Source: Novakomyces olei
Taxonomy: Eukaryota
DNA length: 64,000 bases
Reading direction: 5' to 3'
Assembly: GCA_016906335.1 (NCBI GenBank)
Contig: JADEYG010000003.1
Span: forward strand, 806,001 to 870,000
Below, piece by piece: positions 13,687-29,502 of this stretch; position 1 is the stretch's first letter; each line of letters opens with the position of its first letter. The notes under the pieces were generated by a model. It searched no databases and was not told the origin of the DNA. It saw only the letters and a list, made by a program, of their open reading frames with translations. The position numbers and the translations under genes are program-made.

Positions 13687-14989
13687 GCAGCCGTCTATTC
13701 TGTCTCCAAAACCGACTAAAATGGCTGCCGTAGACGATCTTGGAGACGGCTTGTCTCCGTCTCCCTCTGCAAATTATGCAATGGCTTCTGCGCCAGTACC
13801 TGCGCCAGTACCTGCGCCAGTACCTGCTCCAGTTTCTACTCCAATGCCTTTTGCCAGCTCAAGGCCGTTGAGCAAGAACCATGGATACAGTTTCAACCAT
13901 GACCATCTGCCCTCAGCTGCTCCCCACTCTCGCGGCTTTGGCCATTACGCTCCGCCTGTTCCTGGCACAGAGTTTACAGGTCCGTCTGGCTTGGGCGGCC
14001 AGTCGCTGGCTGCTTTTACTGCTAATCCCTTGCCTTCTGCTCAGTATAATTCGTTCACTGGAGAATCAGCAGCTCTGCCCTCAATGAGACCTCCTCCTCC
14101 TCCTCCTTCAGCAGGAGCAGGTGTGGGCATAGGCACAGCAACAGACTTCTCCTCCTCGTCTTCGCCTTCTTCCTCTCACCAGCAAACGGCCGCCTCTGCT
14201 CCTGGTCCAGGATCAGCTCCGGCAGCCACGTCTATGGCTCAATTGTCAGAGTTTCTACGGCCAGTCAGTATCAGCGACGATGTCAGAGTAGGCGGGGAGG
14301 TGTATATACCTTGTCGCAACAAGGACGACTTGCCCAGACCTGTGCGTAATGCCGATGGGCCTTTAGCGGGCAGAGCAGTTCACCGGCCGGCGCCTATCCA
14401 GAGACCTTCAGTTGCCCAGCAACTGCCTCATATGTCCAGGCAGGACCTGCAACTGCCTCAGCCGCTGAATCAGCAACTGCCTCAGCAACTGCCTCAGCAA
14501 CAGGTGATGGGCTCACGTGCTCTGATTGACGATGACGATGAGGAAGACGTGGCAATACTCGACGCTGCTGCTTCTTCTTCCTCTACAGGCAGACGATCAG
14601 GATCTCTGCCGGATCGTTCTTCGTCTGCCCACAGCAATCCAGCACCAGTCGGAGCAGGCAATCCTGCTCCGTGGCTTCGGGCCGGGTCTGGTTCTGCCAC
14701 TGGGCCGGGTCCTTTGCTCTCTTTTGGCGCTGGGACAAGTAATATCTGGTCAATGAACAGTATCAGCCAGCCCATAAACGGCCACCACAGACTACCGCCT
14801 TCTTCCTCTGCGCCTTTTCCCGCTCCACCGTCTTGTACGCCCTCGGGGGCAGATATGGTCGAAGCATTGGGGAAGTTTCCCTCGCCGATTGGAAGTCCTG
14901 CAGTTGCCGGCCCTGCTGGGATTGGAGCTGAGAGGAGCAGGGGCCAGCCGAAGCCGAGGTGGGTGACTGGGTCTCCGGGGGTTATATAG
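11255..14989 (+). CDS. NST1: Stress response protein Nst1 (salt tolerance regulator domain); intron 12706-12780
   Basis: [47 protein letters not shown] and FNFGNSLTVKGGLLTVADDLL are Nst1 motifs, followed by a coiled coil and low-complexity tail. Confidence 0.92.
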
Positions 14990-15179
14990 TATTTGCTTGC
15001 TAGTGGACCGTGTCGTTTTATGCTACTGCATTTTGCTTTTGGAATTCATATTAATTTTTCCCTGCGATTGTGCTGCATTTTGTAGACTTGATGTGTAGAG
15101 TTTGCAGGAGATTGATGGCAGCTTTTACTGGCCGGAGCTATAAATTTGTGAGTAGCGTCCGGTAGTAATAGCCAGAGTA

Positions 15180-15550
15180 ATTTAATATTAAGAATTGAAT
15201 ATTAAGAATTGAATATTAAGAATATAAAAAATATTGAATTTTAAGAATATTGGTTTTTAAGAATATTGAATATTAAAAATATTGAATGTTAAGAATAATT
15301 GAATAGTGACTATATTGAATACTAAGAATACTGAATGTTAAGAATAAAAAAGATTGAATATTAAGAATATTGAATATTAAAAACATTGGATATTAAAAAC
15401 ATTGGATATTAAAAACATTGGATATTAAAAACATTGGATATATTGAATATAGAATATTAAGAATTGGATATTAAGAATAATTGAATATTAAGAATATGAA
15501 AATCATAATAATTATTGAACTACTCCAGATAAAATATTAAGAATATTATT
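15180..15550. repeat. Degenerate AT-rich satellite built on GAATATTAAGAATT / AAAAACATTGGATATT units
   Basis: Directly visible over ~370 bp. Confidence 0.85.
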
Positions 15551-15706
15551 TTTGCTACTCTTCATTTCGTAGACTCATATTTACGCGATTACATGTAATA
15601 ACCCTAATTAACCCTAATGGTATCCTTCAATACTCATAATATTACTATTACTATCACTATTCTACTACTATGATTTATTAACTTTGCATCATCTCACCAT
15701 CATGTC

Positions 15707-18524
<2,818 letters not shown>

Positions 18525-18971
18525 AAAAGAGTCCGAGGCAACTGTACATATATTTAAATATACATTTCTATCTGAGTCTGTGGCCATGTAGCAAAGTATA
18601 CAGGGTGCAAAGTTTGTATGTTTAGCGCTATTATAAACACACGCGGAATTCACCATTTGTGCGGTGCCATTACCCGTTTATTCTAAACTCGAGTTTAATG
18701 CTTTGTCGCTGTGGCTTATATAACTGCGATCTTTACCTTAATTCGAGCGGGTACTCGTCGTTGTGCACCGGAATCAGAACGATAGAGTTATAACCCTAAC
18801 TAACCCTAATATGGTAAACGATAATTACGTAATCTACTAAGGCTAATTAATTAATTACCTAATCAACTAACGCTACTACTTAATCCACAGAGGCACAATA
18901 ACCCTAATCCTAACTATATCAAATTGATTGACAGCGACGAGCGAATAAAAATTTGACAGCAATAGGCATCA

Positions 18972-21127
18972 ATGATCCGGGTCGCAGTGTACTGTCGGCA
19001 CTGCTGCCGGCAGCAGTGCCGTCGGCGGAGCAGCACACGCGTCAATAACCCACTCATAAACCCTAACCCTCACACTCTAGCACGTGGGCAGTGGCGGTCG
19101 TATGCGACACACACCGCCAGCGCGTCCGTCCTCGAGCAGCTGCAGTCACGTGGGCTCGTCAAGGCCACAACGTCGCCGGCACAGTGTGCCCGGCACTTGG
19201 CGCGGCCACGGGTATCCGTATATGCGGGCATTGATCCGACGGCCGCGTCAATGCACGTGGGCCACCTGTTAGTACTGCTGCCGCTGCTGCACTTTTACCT
19301 GTACGGCCACCGCGTCTACGCCCTCGTCGGCGGTGCAACCGGGCTTATCGGCGATCCATCGGGCCGATCGGTGGAGCGACCGGCGCTGGACGCGTCCACG
19401 CTGCGCCACAATGTTGACGCGTTACGCGTTCAGCTGGACGCGTTTGTGGGGAACGCGTCTGCTTATGCCCGTTTAAGCGGCTACTCGCCGTTGCCGGGGC
19501 AACGGGAACGCGTGCCAATCACGGTAGTAAACAATGAAGACTGGTTCGGCAGTTTTGGTCTACTGCAGTTCCTGCGCCGCGTCGGCACTCGCGCGCGGCT
19601 GCAGCGGATGCTCGACCGCGATGTTGTCGCGACGCGGTACCGCCAAGGCGCGTCTGGCGACGCGGGGCTCACGTTTACGGAGCTGAGCTACCAATTGCTG
19701 CAGGCTTATGATTTTGCTCACTTGCACGAGCAGCACAACGTCACCGTGCAGCTCGGCGGCAGCGACCAGTGGGGGAATATCGTCGCTGGAATCGATCTTA
19801 TTGGTCGGCTGCGTGAAGAGCAGAGTGCCGAGGGAATGAAGGGGGATGGCCGGGAGGAGGTAGTGGAGCAGGACGTGTTTGGGATAACTGTGCCGCTCGT
19901 CACTACACGGAGTGGCGCAAAATTGGGTAAATCTGCGGGGAACGCTGTGTGGCTAGACGAGAATTTGACCCCGCCTTTTGATTTGTACCAGGTGAGGACT
20001 TTGGCTCTTGCCCGTATTCTTGTGATAAACTATTAATTAATAAATAATTATTAATTATATTAATTATTAATTATATTAATTATTAATTATATTAATTATT
20101 AATTATATTAATTATTAATTATATTATTTATTGATTATTATTGATTATTATTTATTATTGATTATTTATCAATTAATTATTGATTAATATTTATTATTCA
20201 TTTTTTATTATTTATTATTTGTTATTTATTATTTATTATTTATTATTTGTTATTTATTATTTATTATTTATTATTTATTATTTATTATTTATTATCATTT
20301 ATTATCATTTATTATCATTTATTATCATTTATTATCATTTATTATTATTTATTATTCATTTTTTATTATTTATTATTTGTTATTTATTATTTATTATTTA
20401 TTATTTGTTATTTATTATTTATTATTTATTATTTATTATTTATTATTTATTATCATTTATTATCATTTATTATCATTTATTATCATTTATTATTATTTAT
20501 TATCATTTATTATTATTTATTATTATTTATTATTATTTATTATTATTTATTATTATTTATTCATTGTTCTAACAGCAGTACTTTGTCAATACCCCGGACG
20601 ATTTGCTAGAGCAGTACCTGCGAATGCTCACCTTCTTGCCAGAGCACGCGATCCAGGATACGATGCAAAAACATGCGGCCAGTGTGGGACAGAAACGGCC
20701 GCTAGCCAATCATGTTTTAGCGCAGGAAGTAGTGCATTTAATCCACGGCAAAGACAAAAGTCTACGTGCTGCCGAGGCAGCACGTATTATGCACGGCAAC
20801 GATTTCACCGACGTGACTGTTTCCAATTTATGTCACATTTTTGCACAAAACATTCGCAAGATGCCACAGGCCTCCGTGCTTGGCCATCCGCTGCGTAACG
20901 TTGTCAGCCAAGCCTTTGACATATCAAAAAGTGGGTACTTTTCACCGCCATTTCTCTAATTTTTAGAATCTGCAGACCAGCACGTGACGGCCGGAGCCGT
21001 CTACGTGAACGGTGAACGACGAACACAGGCGGGCGCGCAAGTAACACAAGACATGTTGCTGCAGGACCGGGTTTTAGCCATAAAATTGGCCAAATCAAAG
21101 ATGGCCATTGTTCTAGTAGAAGAGTGA
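18972..21127 (+). CDS. MSY1: Mitochondrial tyrosyl-tRNA synthetase; introns 19992-20578 and 20931-20966
   Basis: YAGIDPTAASMHVGH (HIGH), QLGGSDQWGNI, KLGKSAGNAVWL (KMSKS-like), and C-terminal S4-like AGAVYVNG after splicing. Arg-rich presequence. Confidence 0.92.
20030..20562. repeat. Composite A/T satellite (TAATTATAT, TTATTAT, TTATCATTTA units) filling MSY1 intron 1
   Basis: Directly visible. Confidence 0.95.
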
Positions 21128-21160
21128 AAGCAGCATCAAATAAACAGCATTTCCATCCAT

Positions 21161-22101
21161 TCAATACTCGTCCTCATCGTACTGCCTATCGCTCTCAGAA
21201 GCGGATACATCCTCCGACTGACTTGCTAAATCCGACTCGTCCAAGGGTTCTGTCTTTGGTGCCTCCGATCTCCTATCGGCCCGAGACGGGAATCCCGATG
21301 ATTCTGCCAAATTCTGACCGGATCCATCAGAGTCGCAAGACGCGTACGGGTCCAGAGTAAACGATTTAGCACTGTTCCCAAGCACAGCGGCCATCAGCTC
21401 TTCCGCATACACGGAAAAGGCGAGTAAAGCGGATTCGTCAAACATACGCTCTGTGCGTGGCATATACCCTCGTGCTTGGAACAGGTCGCACACGTACTGG
21501 TGCAGTGCGCTGGCCAGGTCCTGGATGTGAGCTTTTAAATAAATATGAGAGTGAATTAGAATAGCAATCTGTCCAATAAAACAGCATTAAAATGCTGATT
21601 TGTAACAAAAAAGTCAAGTCGGTAAACTACAATAGGATAGAAAACGATGAGACGAATAACCATAAATCAAATTTTAAATATTAAAATTAAATCAAAATCA
21701 AATTAAATTAAATTAAATTAAATTAAATCAAATTAAATAAAACAATTAAACAGCCGTACGCTGGAAGGAAGATCCACATCGTCAAGAGCAACGTCTGCAG
21801 CAGTTCCACACAACAAATGAAGAGTATCTCGAGGAGTCTGGACACGAGTAGCCGCAAGCATATCGTACAGTGTTATCCGCCTTAATCGTATTTGGCTCGC
21901 GTCTTCTGCAGGCAGAGATGTTGCACGAAGCCTTAGTCGTCGCCGACTGCTGTTAACACTTTGTGAACGCCATAAGCGCCTTAAATGGAGCGATTTTGCT
22001 GCAGCAGTAGGGTTCATAGACGCCACTGCGGCCTCTGCGCCCCATTTTTCCCGTGCTTCTATTCGTCGCCGTGCCGTAGGTTTAGAGTGGCTCGTCTCCA
22101 T
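21161..22101 (-). CDS. RRN10: Rrn10-like RNA polymerase I upstream activation factor subunit; intron 21520-21759
   Basis: Spliced LPSS|DLASALHQYVCDLF...FDESALLAFSVYAEEL resembles the UAF_Rrn10 motif (LPxSDLLxxxHxY...DExALLAxGxLxEE). TLYD motif upstream. Confidence 0.65.
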
Positions 22102-22145
22102 GACAAATTGCAATTAAATGTTTAATTATATAACGGATTTATTTC

Positions 22146-22379
<234 letters not shown>

Positions 22380-22731
22380 CTATTTTTGATAATTGGTACA
22401 AACTATAATGAAACCTACGATGCTTTTATTTCTCGCTATTTGAGGTCAAATTCAGAGTTTCACAAATTTTTGTATTCAATGTAGCTGTTTATTAGGCGTA
22501 ATACACAACAAATCTCCTTCAAATAAATAGACGGCAGATATTCCGTCTCTAATGAGAAATGAGACCTTACAGTAGTGTACTTGAGGTATGTGATAAGACG
22601 GCAGCCAGTGATCTCGTTTGATCATGGCCATGCAAAAAACAAAAAGGGTAATACAAGATCAGAGGCGGCAATAAAACATCTAGCTTGAAAAGCCCGCATA
22701 GTCATAAAGTAGCTTTCATAACATGGTAATC

Positions 22732-22830
22732 GACAGAGTAATGTTTGAAACAGAGTAATGTTTAAAACAGAGTAGTGTTTGAAACAGAGTAGTGTTTGAA
22801 ACAGAGTAGTGTTTGGAAGAGTTGTTTGAT
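22732..22830. repeat. 18-bp minisatellite (ACAGAGTAGTGTTTGAA[A]) x~5
   Basis: Directly visible. Confidence 0.85.
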
Positions 22831-23241
22831 ATTTTTCATAAATAATGCAACGGCGTACGTTTTGCGGGCCACACGGACCAACGGTTTGTTTCCCCTCAAT
22901 AGAGCGTGCGTTAAAAAAATAAAATGAAAATAAAAATAAAAATAAAATAAAAAACAGACCGCTCGTGGTCCCGCAAAAAGCGCATACGGTAAAGCAAAAG
23001 CCCACAGTGAGAGGCCCTGTAAACAAATGGAAAAAGTGCCAAACTTGACTGGTATATAGTGTTAACGCGAGAAACCGACGGAATAATCTAGACTAGATTC
23101 AAAAACAAAGCAACCCCAACCAACGCTCGAAAATAACCGTTTAAAACAAGTCGTACAAAAGGCCGGGCAACCCAAAACCCAGGAGCAGAATCAGCCCCGA
23201 CTCGGTACTGGCAGGCATCGAATAACCTGGGCTTGTCGCCG

Positions 23242-23700
23242 TCAAATATCGTCGAGCATTTCATCCAGCTCGTCCTGCCCAAGACCTTCGGGCGACTGTA
23301 TTGCGTGCTCAACTACGGCTCCATTGCAACTAGATTTTGCCACAAATCCCTCTTTACTAAACCCTAACCCTCTCCGAGCAGACCGGGTCTCCCTCTGAAG
23401 GGGACTAGTGCCCATCTGTTCCGTGGGCATAGCAATAGCAAACGCACTGCCGTCCGCCTGCTCGTCCGCCCGACCAGGCGAAGAAAACTCTGTCATATCC
23501 ATCTCCCAAAAGGCAAACTCTCCATCATCAACAGCAGCGGGTAAAGGCCCCACTAGCTTTGGGGATACTTGTCCTCCACTGTTCAAAAGAGCACTGTTCA
23601 GTAGAGCGTCTGGACCCGTCAGCTGGGCAGCACTGGTTATAGAGCGAGAGGAGGACTGTACGGCCAGCCTGGCCGCCTGGTCCCTTCCACTATTAGCTGC

Positions 23701-23746
<46 letters not shown>

Positions 23747-25104
23747 CCAGCATTTCCGGCCCGGCTGAAACTGCCTTCCGGCCCGGCCGAAGGAGAGGGA
23801 GTAAACGCTTCCTGTTCTCTGCTCTTGAGCGGCAAAGGCGGCTCTGTATCATCGGCAAAAGACCCATAAAACTGCCGACTTCCAAACACTTCAACCTCGA
23901 GATCGATACCACTGCGTCTGGCTCCGATATAGCTCATATCGTACCGGAACGGTCCTTGTCCCTGCCGCCAAGAGCCAGACGAGTTTGTTGATACTGGACT
24001 GCTGCCATCCATGCTCTTGTCCTCGTCCAAGGCAGAGTTGGCACTGCCTTTAGCAAAGCTATTGGCAGTGCCATTGGCATTTATATACGGATTATAATCG
24101 TCAAGGTCACTCGACGGGCTGTGCATCTCTGTCACAGGCAAACGGCCAGCAGAGGCAGGCGAGTGTGACTGCTCATGCAACACTTGCTCCTCTGCTTCAC
24201 GCAGCACCTGAGCGTCCAGTCCACTAAAAAACCCTGACGAAGCGTGGTCAGAAGCACTGCCACAATTGGCCACGTCCTTGTGCTCGAGCGGAGAGAAGGC
24301 GGGAGTCAGTGGCATTGCCTTTTCACGCAGAAAAGCGAGGCTGCTCGCTTTGCGCTTGGACATGGGCATTTGCTGGTCTTCGGGCGCTATAAAAAGCTGC
24401 TTTTGCTGCTGCAAGACGCGTCTCCTGGCGGCACAAGCGGCTGCAGCATCGGCAGCTGGAGTATAGCGATATACAGTCTTTCTGAGCATTGTATCGCCGC
24501 CGCCTTCGACCCGCTCAATCTCCAAATGCTCTGCCGCCGTTTTCCTCAAGTAAGCGGCAATTTCGTTCTTTACTACTGCGGAAGCAGTAGATCCGCCACC
24601 CGCGCTGAGCGATCTCAGAACGGCAGCGTCCAGGCTGCTGGCCAGCGTGTATGCGCACATTGGCACGTCTGCCTCTTGCAGCTTTGCTATCAGCAACGCC
24701 ACCATCAGCGTCGGACCAGCGGCCTCCGTACACGGCCGAGGCGGACTCGGCGGCGGTGTCAAATCACAGGGTTTGTGTGCCGCCTCTGCGCCAGCGTCCA
24801 CGCTTTTCTTGCGTCTTTTTAACGGCATTTGATGAGGTGCCGAGGAGGGGTATTCATGACGCTGCTCGTAATCGTTGTTGTTGATATTTTTATTACTATT
24901 TTTATTAATATTAGTATTATTGTCAATATTGTTGTTGTTGTTATTGTTGTTGTTGTTGTTAATATTGCTATTGTTAGCGGCAATTTGCTGCCTCTGTGCC
25001 GACACGAGCCGCGTCGGCCTTTGCCTTGACGAGTCTTCCGCGCTGAGAGTAGGCAAGAGTCTGGCAGCGGCTCTGTCCCGGCTGCGAGTGCTGTAGGGGT
25101 TCAT
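23242..25104 (-). CDS. Putative GDS1-like winged-helix protein with poly-N and poly-Q tracts
   Basis: Long intronless ORF. N-terminal PYSTR, TPPPSP ahead of a helical domain, and C-terminal SPEGLGQDELDEMLDDI resemble fungal Gds1-family proteins (recognised from memory, not searched). Confidence 0.6.
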
Positions 25105-25329
25105 GCCCCTCGGCTGAGGCGTGGGACGTGTAAGCAATCAGTCTTACAGTAGCGACTGGCACAGCGAATGGCAGAGGCAACAACGAGTGTACTGACAAGC
25201 AGAGAAAAGTGCAATACAAAAATGATGCAATAATGAGACGCGTACAGCGAACAACAAGGGGGTTTTCAAATATTGCCTGCTTTTAGTTGTTGACGCTTGT
25301 CCAGGACTGTTAGGCTCAAAGCTCTCAAG

Positions 25330-25460
25330 GCTGTTTAGAGTCTTGAGGCTTAAGGCTTGACGTCTTGAGGCTTAAGGTCTTGAGGCTTTTAGGCTTAAGG
25401 TCTTGAGGCTTTAGGTCCAAAAGCTTTAGGCTTTTAGGCTTCAAGTCTTGAGGCTTTAAA
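25330..25460. repeat. Degenerate (TCTTGAGGCTTAAGG)-type repeats upstream of the GDS1-like gene
   Basis: About 6 imperfect copies. Confidence 0.75.
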
Positions 25461-26079
25461 GCTCGCAAGTGCAAATCTGTTTAGGCTGCGCAGTGTAGTT
25501 AGACTCGTTAGAGGTTAACCCTGTTTAGTGTTTGGTCCGCGCGGTTGCAACTGCGGCCGTACACGTCAAGTCTCGGCTCGGCGTCAGGGTTTTCGCGTTA
25601 AACAGGGACTGTACCCTTTGAATAGAGCTTTTGCGGTTAAAAGAAGGATAGAGACCGGCCGCTAATCGTACACGGGCAAGTTGCCGTCCAAACCTTGCGG
25701 CCTCGATAATTTGTCACGCGTGGATTATCCGCACGGGACTGTGGTATTATTACTGGTGAGTTTTGGATTAATTAATCGTAATATGATATTGTTTGTCCCG
25801 CCGGTTTCACTGGGAAAACGTATATGCGCTGCGCACCAATCCACACGAAAATCTTTTCGTCAGGGTTTTCTGGAGTCTGACGGCCGTTTTGGGTCGGCGG
25901 CTAGCGTTACTTGTGTCTTATTGAGAGTTACTGGTGCATAAGGAGCGGTAATTTAGTGCGCAGATTTTGGGATTGGGTCGTTGTCTCCTATCGACGCTCA
26001 CCACTTGTGATTGACGGACGACTTGGGTGATTGATTACGTAAATACGGACTCGTATCTACAGTGGCGGCATTGTATATT

Positions 26080-26168
26080 CAATACCAATATCAATACCAA
26101 TATCAATACCAATATCAATATCAATATCAATATCAATATCAATATCAATATCAATAATATCAATATCC
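26080..26168. repeat. (AATATC/AATACC)n hexanucleotide microsatellite
   Basis: Directly visible. Confidence 0.9.
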
Positions 26169-26319
26169 ATACAATATCCGTATACGATAACAATATTAAA
26201 ATATTAAATATTAAATATCAATCACACCAATTACAAAATTATGCGTGCAGTGAAATCGACACCTAATCATGATTCATATACATTCATTAACCCTAAAACT
26301 AACTAATTGCCCTCTATAA

Positions 26320-27304
26320 TCACGGTTTCCGGAACTCACTCAGTACCGGATAAATATCCTCAAACGCCTGGTAAATCTCCTCCCGCACTTTAGCCCCGGT
26401 TAAAACAATCTTGCCCGACACAAAGATCAATAAAACAATCTTGGGTTTAACCATGCGGTAGATTAAGCCGGGAAACAATTCGGGTTCATACTGTCCAGTA
26501 TTAATACAAAGACATTCTACAATAAATGTTTAAAAACCTACAGATGAAAAGGTGCCGTGCGAGTACGCGAGACCCTCGAGACGAATGGGGAATCGCACGT
26601 CGCAGCTGCCCACAATGTTTTGAATCTTGAAATCGGTAAACTTTGCACTGAATCCCAAACGCTGAATAATACGCGCGTACTTGCGGCTGGCCAATTTAGA
26701 ATCATCTTCCGACTTGGCACCTGTGACCACCATTTTACCGGACGCGAAAATCAAGGCTGTCGTCTTTGGATCCCGAATCCGCATAATAACGGCAGCAAAG
26801 CGTTTGGGATTGTACTCGGCATTACGCGCATGCAGCGCAATTGTTTTCAAATCCAACCGGCAACTTGATGTGTTTAACAAATGCTGCTTTCAAACAAAAC
26901 AAAACAAATGAAAGGGCAGCCGCTAAACACGACATGTGGATTTTCGTTTTCTTATAGAGGTAAACTTACTCTAAATTCACAGTGGCCACAATATTCTGTA
27001 AAGTGGGTACAATACCCGACACAGATCCCGCAATATGCTCGGGAACCGCGCCCGCAGAACTCATTCCCTTCTCCGAGAGAACAGCAGGTTTTTGAGCCGT
27101 CGAAGGTATGCTCTGAGCGTGTGCGGCAGAAGGCAGATCGGCTCCATGAGACGGAAAACCGCCGCTCTCTCCGACAGAAGACGCTGCATTCGGCATGCTC
27201 GGGAACGAGGTGCCGCTACTGCTCTGCGGAAAGGATATGTTGTTTGGTGACAAGAAAGCAGATGCTTGTGCCGCATTTTGCGGCGCCGACAATAAGGAGT
27301 CCAT
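26320..27304 (-). CDS. SPT15: TATA-binding protein; introns 26864-26969 and ~26491-26539
   Basis: [47 protein letters not shown]... [13 protein letters not shown]...[14 protein letters not shown] is near-invariant TBP core. Confidence 0.98.
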
Positions 27305-28060
27305 TAGAATTTTTTAAATGTTTAGAACCAATTGATATTAGAGTAGTAAGACAGGTTGTAGAGTTTGCCGTTACACACAATAACCTCGGCGCGTATCAAT
27401 CGTGTGACGAAACGGGGATATCAAAGCCGAATTAAAATAATAAAAATAAATAAATAAAAAACAACGCGCTATTATGAAAGCAAAAAGGTATCAAACAGGT
27501 ATCAAAGATGCACAATAGGTATCCAAAGCAAATGTGAGCAGTATCTTCTCTCCCAATAAGGATATCCACTCGACACTACGCACAATCAAATAAAAAATAG
27601 ACAAAAGTTATAATAGTAAAGAGTGGCAGCACGGTATGGCCACACACGATGTAGGTTGATCACGTGAGTGATCAGAAAACCCTGACTATCTGGAGAGCCC
27701 GTGCAATATCAGTCCGTATGTACGAAAGCGTGCAGGCCACGCACAACACGCATTCACTTGACGGGGGAGAGCCGAGTATTTATATAATGCATCCAAAAAA
27801 CCAGGGTTAGGGCTCGGCTGAATTTTTCACAAAAACACACTATAGAATGGTGTAAGGGTTTTCACGACGATCGTGGGGGCTTTTATAAACGAATTATTAC
27901 AGCGATAAACCGTGATTGGTTTAAGATAAACCATCTATGTGATACATGCATCTTGGGACGTGGCATAAAGCAGGCGTGCAGTGAGACGATTCCAATCCGT
28001 CCGTCCAACACGAATGAACAGTCAAAATTTGGCAGAAATGCATTATACAAAAGAGAAGTC

Positions 28061-29048
28061 CTAATTATTCCGCTCTACATCCATGCTCTGGTCATTCTGC
28101 TCGTTTTGTGGAGAAGAATCCCCGTTTTGCTGTCCCTCGTCTCCGTTGGTTTCGCCTTCAGCTATCGTAGCTGATTGCTGCTGTTGTTGCTCTGTCCGTG
28201 CCCGTTCTTCTGCCTGTCTAATTAGAAAATGTAAATAAATTTTTTGAGAGCATACCTCACGCCGAGCACGTTCGTCCTCAAGACTCATACGAAGTGCCAT
28301 AGCCAGCTCGGGATCTAAACTAGCGTCCACACCAAAATCGTCGCCTCCAGATACACCTCCAGCCATCCCACCTTCTTCGCCAGCAACGATAGGCGTGGCC
28401 ACAAGTGAATCTGACAGCAGTTGAGGTCCCGGTGGGACAGAGACAATGTGACTATTATCTTGGCTGTTGATAGCGCTAATAAACTCTGTTAGCTTCTCCG
28501 TTTTATCGCTGCCCGGCTCCTGTTCACCGAGGCTGACAAAGTCAACAGCGACATTGTTCTTTTTCATTTTTCGAGCAAGTTTAACTAATTCAGAGCCTGG
28601 TTCCGGTACCGGTGAGGCTACAAAGGCAATAATACGCTGCCTCTGTAATTTGTTTTCCCTGTGTTTTAAAGCCAGCTGGGCTACTTGTAGCGCACTCGCC
28701 AGATGAGGATCACCTTCGACTTTGACATTATGCAGTGCGGAAAGCATATTACCAAAATCACGCGTCAGCGTTACTTCCACTTGCGGTCTGTTTGATTAGA
28801 CGAGTACAAACATGGAGAGCCCACCCTTTGCTGCCCATGGTCAAAAGGCCAATTGAGGATTCCGGATTCTCATTCGCTTTCTGGGAAAATATCAAATGCA
28901 CTGCGTCCCGCTGAGCATCGAACCGTGAGGGGATATAGTCTCCATTTCTTGCCCATTCGCTATTGTCGATTCTGTATAGTGTTAGATCTAGAATTGCTTT
29001 CTAGAATTTCTTTCAAGCTTACATTATCATCGTTGCCTCCAGCACCAT
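28061..29048 (-). CDS. RPN10: 26S proteasome subunit Rpn10 (VWA + UIM); 3 introns
   Basis: MVLEATMI|IDNSEWARNGDY.PSRF, LALKHRENK.QRQRII and UIM DPELAMALRMSLE. Confidence 0.96.
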
Positions 29049-29189
29049 ATTTACCGAACGGCCCACCGACGACGTGGACAAGACTCTATGCGTTTGTCTG
29101 TTGCCGTTGCTGTGCCTTTGTCAGTTCTTGTACGTTGCGTAATCGGCACACAATATGTAATAACGATTTTATTATTTGTATTGTTTTAT

Positions 29190-29292
29190 TGTTGTATTAT
29201 TTGTATTATTTGTATTATTTGTATTATTTGTATTATTTGTATTATTTGTATTATTTGTATTATTTGTATTATTTGTATTATTATTATTTGTA
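29190..29292. repeat. 9-bp tandem repeat (TATTATTTG) x~11 upstream of RPN10
   Basis: Directly visible. Confidence 0.92.
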
Positions 29293-29502
29293 TTTTTTTC
29301 ATTTATTTTAGATTATTTTTCAATTCACTTTCCTCAATTCATTCCTATTATTCATTTAGTATATTTACTATTCCTCTAAAATTAACTACTGCGGATCCTA
29401 CAAACATACAGCCAGCGCAGGGCACCTAATCCCGTTTCTTAAATCCATTTAATTATAATACACATCATAGACACTGCAAGCATCTCGCAGCCTCGCTTAT
29501 AA

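Noticed and set aside
22732-22830. Regularly spaced repeats as a possible CRISPR-like array
   Set aside because: Head-to-tail tandem units with no unique spacers, eukaryotic context and no cas genes.
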